Assembly (NCBI GenBank): GCA_002269645.1 | Contig: NIVC01003976.1 | Location: forward strand, 2,949 to 66,948 | Source of the DNA: Macrostomum lignano | Taxonomy: Eukaryota | Direction: 5' to 3' | Length of the DNA: 64,000 bases | In this document: piece by piece, positions 49,197 through 60,545 of the stretch | Layout of the letters: each line of letters opens with the position of its first letter | Numbering within the stretch: position 1 is the first letter of the stretch | Program-made: the position numbers and the translations under genes | Notes under the pieces: model-generated | What the model was told of the DNA's origin: nothing | The model's input: only the letters and a program-made list of their open reading frames with translations | Databases searched by the model: none

Positions 49197-52100
49197 GCTC
49201 TGAAAAGGTTAGAAAATACATATAATGAGAACGGGAATTTCAGCTCAGATATATTGGCATATTTTTTCTCTCTCCGTATTTTATGCACTACTGCTAGTAG
49301 CAGTAGCATTCTCTCCTTTCCTTTTTCTTTTCATCTTATACTTTTCCGTAATATTTTCATCTCTAGCTGTTTCTTGTTTTCTTCTTTTTCTTTCATAGCT
49401 GAAAGGTACACTGTGGAGATGGAACATTTTACTGTCAGAGAGATAATGAGTGAACGCTTTGTCTGTATTTTTTGCTGTCTTCTTGTAGATTTCAAGATAT
49501 TAAATTACGAGTATCAAGTTATTTGAGCATGATTACATAAGTTATTCTAATGTTATAATCTTCATGATGCCCCAAAATTATTGATGCTAGGTAAATCTGA
49601 TTTCAATTAAATAAACCAATGAATTTGGTTCTAAGTAAATTTAAAGTCAATCAGACCTGATTAGTTGGTGTTAGTAAGTGACGTCTCTGATTAATCTTTG
49701 ATATTCTACTATCTTTGGTGGCCTTAGACTAGAATAGCTAGTCATTAAAAATTTTAACTGACAGTCAATAAATAAATGTTTAAAGTAATTTTTACAAAAA
49801 TTAACTCAACTTATTCAGCATGAAATTTAAAGCATAATAAATATCATCAAAAATAACTAACTAAATCCTAATTCATTACAAATTGTACATTAATTGGCAA
49901 TAAAATTAAATTAGGTCCTCCCTGCTGTAAAGCAAAAAAAATGCTTCTTTATAGGGTTCTTTGCAGTGCCTTTATGAAATATCTAAGCTTTTCATTGTAC
50001 ATGCTCCACACAGTGGGCTTCCGGAGAAAAAAATCATGACAAAAACTAACATATATGACATTCAGGAGCCAACAAAGAGTGCCATTTAGTAAAGAAAAAA
50101 AATGCTTCAAGCTTGATAAGTGTGTAATAACATATTGTAATTCTAAAAGCTGGCAATTATTCATTTTGTTACAACAGACTACTGGAGAAAATCACTTTGT
50201 GCTCCCTAACTATTAAAAAGTATCTTTATATTGTTGTAGAATATTTTACAGTAGGTAATATGTAAGGGTTTTTTTTAATAAAAAAGCTTGGATTTAATGC
50301 TAAATTATTTCTAAAATAGAAAAGTGAATAATCCCATTAGATACATCAATGTAGATTAGTCTTTAACCTATTCTCATATGAGCATACATGTGGGATGTCA
50401 TAATTAATGTTAACCACCAAAACGAAGAATATTCGAACTCCAACAGGGTTTGTACAATAAAATCATTACTCATGCATGCATTTAACGCAAATTAACTTAA
50501 AACTTTCAATATCTACCTTAATTCCTACATTTTTGTAGCCCTAATTTGTAAATCATATAGACATTTTTCGCACGTGGTCAGCGTGGTTGAATTTCCGCCA
50601 AAAAAATTATCGCTGAAAAAAGGACATATTTTGTCTTTTAGAGGGGCGAAAAAGACTATTTTTTTTAATTATGGTAATATTATTTATATTTCACGGTTTA
50701 ATGGAAGATTAAACCAGTCATACTCATTAAAAAACAGATAAAACTTGGTATTACAAAGTTTGAATGGTGTAAACTCGCGATGCCCTCGTTTTGACTTTGC
50801 CCCGGAATCTACAGAATGTGACAGCAAATACCATATTTCCGTAGTCGTAGCCATAAGAGCAGCTAGCTACCGTAGGCGTATCTGTAGCTGCCGTAGGCAC
50901 CTATTTTACCATATTTGCCGTAGGATCCCGTAGCTGTAGCTACAGCTACGGCGGAACACTACTTTTTTACTTATAATGCTTTTAATTTTTTACTACAAGG
51001 CTACAATATATTTATCAATGTTTTAGGTTATGGAATTAGGGAATTGGGATCATACCACACTCATGATCATGTAGTATATGCCTATGCCCAAAAATTTGGG
51101 CATGCATTGGCCTTGCATGCCAAAATTAGGCATGCATAGTTGGTGTGCATCATATATGCGCAACTGCTGGCCAACCTGGCCAATCTGGCCACTGTAAATT
51201 GTGGTGGACCAGGGGTAAGTCGCAAAAATGCCCACCCCAAAGAATATAGACATAGTACTAATTAGATGATGAGGCACTCTTATAAGGCATCCCTTATAAG
51301 ACAGTCATAGTTACTCTTACTATTTACCCAAAATTGTGTTAATGTTGCTCTAGGGTTTCTTTCACAGGTAATTTGCATTTCTGGTCAAAAAGTAAGTTGC
51401 ATGGCCAGTGTAAACCAGGGGGGGTGCGCATGTACGGTGTGCATCACTCCTAAGAAAATAGTATGTATGTATACCTGGTGTATACTTTATAAAATCACAC
51501 TGAAGAGTTTTTGTAAAGTAGAAAAAAGATGAAAAAAGTTCATTTTCAAGTGTAAATTTCAAGCTTTCTAGTTTTTTAGCCTGTTATGAAGCACTTAAAC
51601 AAATCTTTGTGTATATTGATTTTTTGCTATAAATAATATTGCCTAAAAAGCATTAAAACTAACCAAATTATTTGCTAAAAAGGGTTCATTACACAATTTT
51701 AAAAAGGCCCCTTTTTGTCACAATGTTAAAAAGGTCATTTATGGTTGCAATACCAACATATTTTTGAGAATGGGTATGCACTCAATTTTTTTGGCGTGCA
51801 TTTGCAATTATTCAATTTCTGTTTGGGTGTGCACCCAGCATGATCCGGACTATAGGGATCATATTTTGAATACATATTAGCATAATAGATATGATTTAAT
51901 AGGGGTTTTAGTTTTTTAATAAAAGCTTGGCTAGTATTTTGTTGAACTATAAAATATAGAATATTAGTTAAAATAGAATAATTTTTGTTGTATATAATAA
52001 GGCCAAGGCTAAATGCACAATTCCCTTACTTTACCATACTCTGGAAAGCATATATCATGCCAGAAAATTCTAGTGTGCATTTGGTTTGGCCTAAAAATTG

Positions 52101-53131
52101 TGACATGTATTGGCATGCAATTGGGTATTGCATGCCAAAAGTGGCATGTTGGTGTGCTATGGTGTGGAATAGCTGGCATAGAATATGGCCTGGTGTGATA
52201 GTAGGTCATGTTTTGTTGAGACAAAAGTTTGTGAAAAGACATGGTCTTGTGAAGACAAGAGTCATACTTATTTTTATTGCAAAATGACAAGTAAATTTAA
52301 ATGTGCCAAAAAGAAATGTTGTATATTTGCATGCTATAAAATTTTTTTTAAAATGTTGAAGACTTTGCTTTTTTGAAGTGCATTTTTTAAATGTAAAAAT
52401 TTGGTTCAGAGCATTCCGGCGTGCACTCAACATGATCCAGACTATGTTTGCCTTATACTGACTATGCAACTTACTTTTTGACCAAAAAATTGACTTATTT
52501 ATCAAAGAAACATAAGAAAAAAGAAACATAATTTTGGATAAATTGCATGAGTAACTAGGATTATATTATTAAAGCTAAATATCTTGTCATCTAATTAGTA
52601 TTTTAAGTTTTAAGTTTTGCTTTTTTCAAGTAGTCATTTTTGCAACTTACATTGGCTGTGTTGTGCATATATGGGCCAAAGGGTAGTTGGGGTAGGGTTA
52701 ATTTTAGCCTTTATTTATGTGCTCTTCTCCATTACATGAGCAATTGGGATTGATCATATGCAATTTTTTGTGCTTCAAAATTGAATTCTATAAATATCTG
52801 TTGTAATATTCACAAAACAATTAGCTACTGATGTATTTAGTAATTATCCATTTAACTATACACATGAAATAGCTTATTGTCTAGTCACTGGACACAACTA
52901 TTAAACATAAACCTAAAGAAATATTTTTGTCCAAAGAGCAAAAGTCCAAGTTCCTACAGCTGAAGCATCTGAAAACTCTTTATTTTAACCTTACTTTGTC
53001 TTTAGCATTATAGCCTAGCTTTTAATATACTCGTATGAGCAATGCTATTTATTGATACCATGCAGAATTTGCATAATAAAGATGTGTCTTTTTTAGTATT
53101 TTATAGCATAAAAATTTATTTCTGTTTGCAG

Positions 53132-53200
53132 GCTACTGGCCAGCCAGATGTCTATGAGTCAGGAGATCTCCCAGAAAGTGATCAACAAAGAGACACAAAG
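53132..53200 (+). CDS. DCTN2: Dynactin subunit 2, exon 2
   Basis: ATGQPDVYESGDLPESDQ matches dynamitin EPDVYETSDLPEDDQ. Canonical splice sites. Confidence 0.93.
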
Positions 53201-53272
53201 GTAAGTATATATATTCAATGACCTAGTCATTGCCAAGCAGACATTCCATGTTAATCTCCCTTTCCCCCACAG

Positions 53273-53496
53273 TTCCCCAGCAACCAGGCAGAGTCAGGCG
53301 ATGTGGATCAGTCCAGCCTCGATCCAGCCGCAGCCGCCGCAAAGTTCAAAGGCAAGCAGCTGGACTCCAGTCGGGTGGATTTCACTGACGCCATCAGAGC
53401 TGGTCGCAAAATTGGCTACGCTAGCAGTGCCGTTGGCGATCTTGAACTGCTCGATGAGGCTGCTAGGGATGCTGAAACACCGATGCAGAAGTACAG
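53273..53496 (+). CDS. DCTN2: Dynactin subunit 2, exon 3
   Basis: AKFKGKQLDSSRVDFTD...GY...ETPMQKYR. Confidence 0.93.
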
Positions 53497-53569
53497 GTGA
53501 CTACACATGTTACAGCTAGCAATCTGTGTTCACTGGTGGTGATATATCAATGCAAACAATGAATATTCA

Positions 53570-54150
53570 GGCACCAAAAATGAATCCTCAGATACCAAAA
53601 TGAATCTACAGGTGCCAAAATGAATATTCAAGTACCAAAATGAATCTTCAGGCACCGAAATAGCTCTTCAGCTACCAAACTTGATCTTCAGGTACCAAAA
53701 TGGATCTTCAGGTATCAAAATGGATCTTAGGTACCAAAATGAATATTCAAGTACCAAAATGAATCTTCAGGCACCGAAATAGCTCTTCAGCTACCAAAAT
53801 TGATCTTCAGGTACCAAAATGAATGTTCAAGTATCAAAATAAATCGTCAGGTACCAAAATGAATCTTCAGGTACCAAGTTGGATCTTCAGGTACCAAAAT
53901 AAATGCTCAGGTACCAAATTGGATCTTCAGCCACCAGAATGAATCCTTAGGTACCAAAATGGATCTTCAGGTACCAAAATGGATCTTCAGGTACCAAAGT
54001 GGATCTTCAGGTACCAAAATGGATCTTCAGGTACCAAAGTGGATCTTCAGGTACCAAAATGGATCTTCAGATACCAAAATGGATCTTCGGGTACCGAAAT
54101 AGATCTTCAGATACCAATATGGATCTTCGGGTACCGAAATGGATCTTCAG
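53570..54150. repeat. 20-bp minisatellite GGATCTTCAGGTACCAAAAT
   Basis: Fills DCTN2 intron 3. Confidence 0.95.
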
Positions 54151-54218
54151 AGTGCCAGAATGCAGTGCCTTGCACTTAATATAGGTCACCGACCTTAAAT
54201 CTATTTTTTCCAATGCAG

Positions 54219-54528
54219 ACGCCTACAAGCCGAGATTGCCGGCCTGTCTGCCGCTGTCGAGGAGGCACGCAAATCCGCCGATAGCGCCGGCGACGGCGAC
54301 AGCGAAGTGTCGCCAGATCAGTTGGCTGCTATGATTCGCGGCGCCCAGTCCGAGCTGCTGGCGTTGCATCTGGACTCGCTTCTTGGCCCGGAGGCTGAGG
54401 GGCTGCACGTGTTCGATCCGGAGGGCTGTTTGGAGAAGCGACTGGCTGGTCAATTAGAGCGATTAGGAAAACAGCAGCCAACTGCGGCGGCGGCTGCTCA
54501 AGGCGCCAGTGGCTCGCTGGTTTACGAG
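54219..54528 (+). CDS. DCTN2: Dynactin subunit 2, exon 4
   Basis: RLQAEI... to LVYE|gtgaga, phase consistent. Confidence 0.9.
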
Positions 54529-54701
54529 GTGAGAGCAATTGAAAATCTTGTTTGGGTATTCGGCGTGAGTAACTATGACATATTTAGCCTCGTCATCTTA
54601 TTAGTACTTTTAGGTCCTGTATACAGTCACTGTTATTATAGCTGTATATGCATAGGTAAATGATTCGTCGCCTAATTAGGGATATACTACACAATCTACA
54701 G

Positions 54702-54989
54702 GTGTACACCAAACCTACTAGCGGGGCACCCGCCGTACCTAAAGACCTCGAAGCTCGACTAGCCCGCCTCGAAGCGGCCATCGGCGAGGCTCACCTGCGC
54801 GCCCCGGCTCTGTCCGGCGATTTGGCCGGCCGACCTCTGCTGGAGGCAACTCATCGACTGGCTGGTAAACTGGCCCTGCTGGAGCCGGCCAGTCTGGAGC
54901 AGGTGGACTCGCGACTGGCCGCACTTAACCATCGGTTGGCTCAGCTCACCAGCGACAAGCGGGAGCCCCTGGCCGATGCCGACACTCAG
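54702..54989 (+). CDS. DCTN2: Dynactin subunit 2, exon 5
   Basis: LEARLARLEAAIG...KLALLEPASLEQVDSRLAAL coiled coil. Confidence 0.92.
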
Positions 54990-54995
54990 GTGAGA

Positions 54996-55410
54996 TGAAG
55001 GTCACGGACAGGGAGGGAGTGAAGGTCACGGACAGGAAGAAAGTGAAGGTCATGGACAGGGAGGGAGTGAAGGTCATCGCCAGGGAGGGAGTGAAGGTCA
55101 TGGACAGGGAGGGAGTGGAGGGCATGGACATTGAGGGAGTGAAGGTCAGGAACAGGGAGGGAAGGGCATGGACAGGTAGGAAGTGAAGGTCCTGGACAGG
55201 GAGGGAGTGAAGGTCATAGACAGGGTGGGAGGGAAGGGCATGGACAGGTAAGAAGTGAAGGTCATGAACAGGTAGGAAGTGAAGGTCCTGGACAGGGAGG
55301 GAGTGAAGGTCATGGACAGGGAGGGAGTGAAGGTCATGGACAGGGAGGGAGGGAAGGTCATAGACGGGTGGGAGTGAAGGTCAGGGACAGGGAGGGAGGG
55401 AAGGGCATGT
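54996..55410. repeat. 24-bp minisatellite GAGGGAGTGAAGGTCATGGACAGG
   Basis: Starts a few bases after the exon 5 donor. Confidence 0.93.
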
Positions 55411-55532
55411 ATCGGTAGGAAATCAGGGGTGGACAGACGAATATGGCGTCATAAATCATGCTGAATAGCATGACAACCGTGATTTAAAGTTTTTTACAGC
55501 CAGCGTTAATCCTCCACTGTTTCGCACTGCAG

Positions 55533-55640
55533 ACTCGGGTTGCTGAACTCTACGAACTGGTGAAGAAGTGGGACGGCCTGGCCGACTCCGTTCACGGCAT
55601 TGTGGGCCGCCTGACCGCTTTGCGAGAGCTGCACGAGCAG
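55533..55640 (+). CDS. DCTN2: Dynactin subunit 2, exon 6
   Basis: RVAELYELVKKWD...RLTALRELHEQ. Confidence 0.93.
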
Positions 55641-55737
55641 GTACGGTTTTTTTCTTATTAAATATTTCCGTTTATAAAAAATTGGAAATTTAAAGCAATT
55701 CGACAGGTCTCTCTTAGCCTTCTAATCCTCTAGCAAT

Positions 55738-56600
55738 CCGTCGCTCAAAATCCGCTCTTAATCCGCCCCTCAAAATCCGCTCTTAATCCGCCCCTCAAAA
55801 CTCGTTCTCAATCCACCCCTCAAAACCCGCTCTCAATCCGCCCCTCAATCCGCCCCTCAGAATCCGCTCTCAATCCGCCCCTCAATCCGCCCCTCAGAAT
55901 CCGCTCTCAATCCGCCGCTCAAAATCCGCTCTCAATCCGCCCCTCAATCCGCCCCTCAATTCGCCCCTCAGAATCCGCTCTCAATCCGCCGCTCAGAATC
56001 CGCTCTCACTCCGCCCCTTAAAATCTGCTCTCAATCCGCCTTTCAAAATCCGCTTTCAATCCGCCCCTAATTCACTCAATCCGATTTAAATCCGCCCCTC
56101 AAAATCCGCTCTCAATCCGCCCCTAATTCACTCAATCCGATTTAAATCCGCCCCTCAAAATCCGCTCTCAATCCGCCCCTAATTCACTCAATCCGATTTA
56201 AAATCCGCCCATCAAAACCCGCTCTCAATCCGCCCCTCAATCTGCCCCTCAATCCGCCCCTCAGAATCCGCTCTCAATCCGCCGCTCAGAATCCGCTCTC
56301 ACTCCGCCCCTTAAAATCTGCTCTCAATCCGCCTTTCAAAATCCGCTTTCAATCCGCCCCTAATTCACTCAATCCGATTTAAATCCGCCCCTCAAAATCC
56401 GCTCTCAATCCGCCCCTCAATCCGCCCCTCAATCCGCCCCTCAGAATCCGCTCTTAATCCGCCGCTCAGAATCCGCTCTCACTCCGCCCCTTAAAATCTG
56501 CTCTCAATCCGCCTTTCAAAATCCGCTTTCAATCCGCCCCTAATTCACTCAATCCGATTTAAATCCGCCCCTCAAAATCCGCTCTCAATCCGCCCCTCAA
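55738..56600. repeat. 12-13 bp AATCCGCCCCTC / AAAATCCGCTCTC repeat
   Basis: Fills DCTN2 intron 6 up to about 10 bp from the acceptor. Confidence 0.93.
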
Positions 56601-56611
56601 ACTCCCGTTAG

Positions 56612-56791
56612 GCTATGCAATTCTCCGGCGCCCTGAATCTCATCGATCAATCTCAGCGAGCTTCATCAGCTCAGCTGGAGTCCTCGGCCAGCCTCCTAGC
56701 TGGGCTAGAGAAGCGCCTAACTGAAGATTTGAAGACTGTTCAAGCTAACACGGCCTCCCTGCAAGAGCGAATGAAGGCGCTTGGCAAATGA
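56612..56791 (+). CDS. DCTN2: Dynactin subunit 2, last exon
   Basis: AMQFSGAL...SLQERMKALGK* matches the dynamitin C-terminus (ERMKKLGK). Spliced total about 405 aa. Confidence 0.93.
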   Translation, partial: AMQFSGALNLIDQSQRASSAQLESSASLLAGLEKRLTEDLKTVQANTASLQERMKALGK

Positions 56792-56829
56792 GAGCGACTG
56801 CTTGATAGGCAATAATCTAAGCAAGCAAC

Positions 56830-56835
56830 AATAAA
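56830..56835 (+). terminator. Probable DCTN2 polyadenylation signal AATAAA
   Basis: AATAAA 39 bp after the stop codon. Confidence 0.55.
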
Positions 56836-57227
56836 TACGGTTCAAAAACTGCAGTTCTTTTGGAATTCGGGTCACCATTATCTATCTTTTATTGTTACTA
56901 CTAAACTAGTTTTGCTACTGTAAGTAGTGTAATTATAAGGTACGCTATTATAATCTATTATAAATCGTGTGTCTTTGCTTTGTTACGGGTATGCTTTAAG
57001 TAAAGTTGTGCACAGAAAGCTGTAAAGCTGTTCGGTTTGTAAGACTAAACAATACTAATGCAATAACGCATAGATTTCGTATTGAACTATTAGCATTCAG
57101 TCTGCTATCTGCTTTCAATGCTTAGCAATTAAAAGCAGTGTTATTTTTGTGCCGGAAAATTGATAAGCTTCAAAAGTATACTCTTTGAGTAGAGTCAGCC
57201 TAAGAATCTGCCGATAGAATTGCTGGA

Positions 57228-57815
57228 ACCCTAATTTAAATCCTGAACCATAACACTAAACCCTAATCTAAATCCTGAACCATAACACTAAACCCTAATC
57301 TAAATCCTGAACCATAACACTAAACCCTAATCTAAATCCTAAACCATAACCCTAAACCCTAATTTAAATCCTAAACCATAACCTTAAACCCTAATCTAAA
57401 TCCTAAACCATAACCTTAAACCCTAATCTAAATCCTAAACCATAACACTAAACTCAAATCTAAACTCTAAACCATAATTCCAGACCCTAATCTAAACCCT
57501 AAACCATAACCCTAAACCCTAATCTAAATACTAAACCATAACCTAAACCCTAACCAAAACACAAAATCATGACCCTAAACCCTAATCTAAATCCTAAACC
57601 ATAACCCTAAACCCTAATCTGAATTCTGAACCATAACCCTAAACCCTAATCTAAATCCTAAACCATAACCCTAAACCCTAATCTAAATCCTAAACCATAA
57701 CCTTAAACCCTAATCTAAACCCTAAACCATAACCCTAAACCCTAATCTAAATACTAAACCATAACCTAAACCCTAACCAAAACACAAAATCATAATCCTA
57801 AGCCCTAATCCTAAC
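57228..57815. repeat. 32-bp telomere-like repeat AACCCTAATCTAAATCCTAAACCATAACCCTA
   Basis: About 18 units built from CCCTAA variants. Confidence 0.9.
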
Positions 57816-58435
57816 CGAAGTCGTGGGCAGTCCAGCTTTAATACTCGTAGTTAACAACACAGAGAACATCAGTACCGTTGGTTTTGGTTAGCGAAACCGA
57901 GCAAACCAGTCTTACCCTGTGCTTGGATAGGCTAGCTTACTCATAACTCTGGTGACTGCATTTTGCATTATGTTTTTTTTCTACTCTTAAATATGCAGTC
58001 AGTTCGAATGCAGAATGACGGGCATGGAATGCTCCATACATTTTCCTACTCTCAAACATACTCGTAATAAAATATTAATCTGTTTTGTTGCGCTACTCGC
58101 TACTGAAGGAGGGGAAGTCAGTAGTAAAATTTGAGCGCGATTTTTTATTTTCTCTCTAGTTTCTCTTGGACGCGGGTTTTCGTGATTTAAAAAAAAGTTA
58201 TTAAAAGAAATTCACCATAGTTATTGTTAACGTGTATTATTGAAGCTTTATTAATTATATCTAATAAACATTATACTGACAAAATTGAACTGTTCATGTT
58301 ATATATAAATGTTAAACAGTTTTCTCTGCGTAACTATGCTTACCAGATGTTTATCTATATATGGATATATTGATATCAGCTGATCTATTATAAATAAAAG
58401 CTATGTTCTTTTTGACGTATTCTTCTCCTAAGGTC

Positions 58436-60545
58436 ATCTGAATTATCTCTGAAGTATCGTCTGAATCGTACCTGAATTGTCATCTAAATTGTACTTTTAA
58501 GTATCATCTGAATCGTCCCTGAAGTATCATCTGAATCGTGTCTGAAGTATCATCTGAATCGTCCCTGAAATATCATCTGAATCATCCCTGAAATATCATC
58601 TGAATCATCCCTGAAGTATCATCTGAATCATCCTTGAAGTATCATCTGAATAATCCCTGAAGTATCGTCTGAATAATCCCTGAAGTATCATCTGAATAAT
58701 CCCTGAAATATCATCTGAATCATCCCTGAAGTATCATCTGAATAATCCCTGAAGTATCATCTGAATAATCCCTGAAATATCATCTGAATAATCCCTGAAG
58801 TATCATCTGAATCATCCCTGAAGTATCATCTGAATCATCCTTGAAGTATCATCTGAATAATCCCTGAAGTATCATCTTAATTATCCCTGAAGTATCATCT
58901 TAATTATCCTTGAAGTATCATCTTAATTATCCTTGAAGTATCATCTTAATTATCCTTGAAGTATTATCTGAATCGTCCCTGAAGTATCATCTTAAATATC
59001 CCTGAAGTATCATCTGAATAATCCCTGAAGTATCATCTTAATTATCCCTGAAGTATCATCTTAATTATCCTTGAAGTATCATCTTAATTATCCTTGAAGT
59101 ATCATCTTAATTATCCTTGAAGTATTATCTGAATCGTCCCTAAAGTATCATCTTAAATATCCCTGAAGTATCATCTTAATCATCCTTGAAGTATCATCTT
59201 AATCATCCTTGAAGTATCATCTTAATTATGCTTGAAGTATCATCTTAATTATCCTTGAAGTATCATCTTAATCATCCTTGAAGTATCATCTTAATTATCC
59301 TTGAAGTATCATCTTAATTATCCTTGAAGTATCATCTTAATCATCCTTGAAGTATCATCTGAATAATCCCTGAAGTATCATCTGAATCATCCTTGAAGTA
59401 TCATCTGAATAATCCCTGAAGTATCATCTTAATTATCCCTGAAGTATCATCTTAATTATCCTTGAAGTATCATCTTAATTATCCTTGAAGTATCATCTTA
59501 ATTATCCTTGAAGTATTATCTGAATCGTCCCTGAAGTATCATCTTAAATATCCCTGAAGTATCATCTGAATAATCCCTGAAGTATCATCTTAATTATCCC
59601 TGAAGTATCATCTTAATTATCCTTGAAGTATCATCTTAATTATCCTTGAAGTATCATCTTAATTATCCTTGAAGTATTATCTGAATCGTCCCTGAAGTAT
59701 CATCTTAAATATCCCTGAAGTATCATCTTAATCATCCTTGAAGTATCATCTTAATCATCCTTGAAGTATCATCTTAATCATCCTTGAAGTATCATCTTAA
59801 TTATCCTTGAAGTATCATCTTAATTATCCTTGAAGTATCATCTTAATCATCCTTGAAGTATCATCTGAATAATCCTTGAAGTATCATCTGAATAATCTCT
59901 GAAGTAGCATCTTAATTATCCCTGAAGTATCATCTTAATTATCCTTGAAGTATCATCTTAATTATCCTTGAAGTATCATCTTAATTATCCTTGAAGTATT
60001 ATCTGAATCGTCCCTGAAGTATCATCTTAAATATCCCTGAAGTATCATCTGAATAATCCCTGAAGTATCATCTTAATTATCCCTGAAGTATCATCTTAAT
60101 TATCCTTGAAGTATCATCTTAATTATCCTTGAAGTATCATCTTAATTATCCTTGAAGTATTATCTGAATCGTCCCTGAAGTATCATCTTAAATATCCCTG
60201 AAGTATCATCTTAATCATCCTTGAAGTATCATCTTAATCATCCTTGAAGTATCATCTTAATTATCCTTGAAGTATCATCTTAATTATCCTTGAAGTATCA
60301 TCTTAATCATCCTTGAAGTATCATCTGAATAATCCCTGAAGTATCATCTGAATCATCCTTGAAGTATCATCTGAATAATCCCTGAAGTATCATCTGAATC
60401 ATCCTTGAAGTATCATCTGAATAATCTCTGAAGTAGCATCTTAATTATCCTTGAAGTATCATCTTAATTATCCTTGAAGTATTATCTGAATCGTTCCTTA
60501 AATATTACGAGCGTATCTCAATCAAACCTGAAGTATCATCTGAAT
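58436..60545. repeat. 23-bp satellite CCTTGAAGTATCATCTTAATTAT
   Basis: About 90 units with higher-order blocks. Confidence 0.97.

Larger units (their letters stand above)
44023..50961. mobile_element. 6.94-kb DNA transposon with hAT-type ends, carrying a Sola2-like transposase and PHD finger
   Basis: Perfect 15-bp TIR TAGTGTTCCGCCGTA (44023-44037 and 50947-50961). Perfect 8-bp TSD CTTTTTTA (44015-44022 and 50962-50969). Clustered GTAGCCGTAG-type subterminal repeats at both ends. Confidence 0.88.

Noticed and set aside
46237-50803. GGGGCATAGCCAA / GGGGCAAAGTCAA as Sola2 TIRs
   Set aside because: Only 11/13 identity with no extension, and the flanks (GATA versus GGAA) give no TSD.
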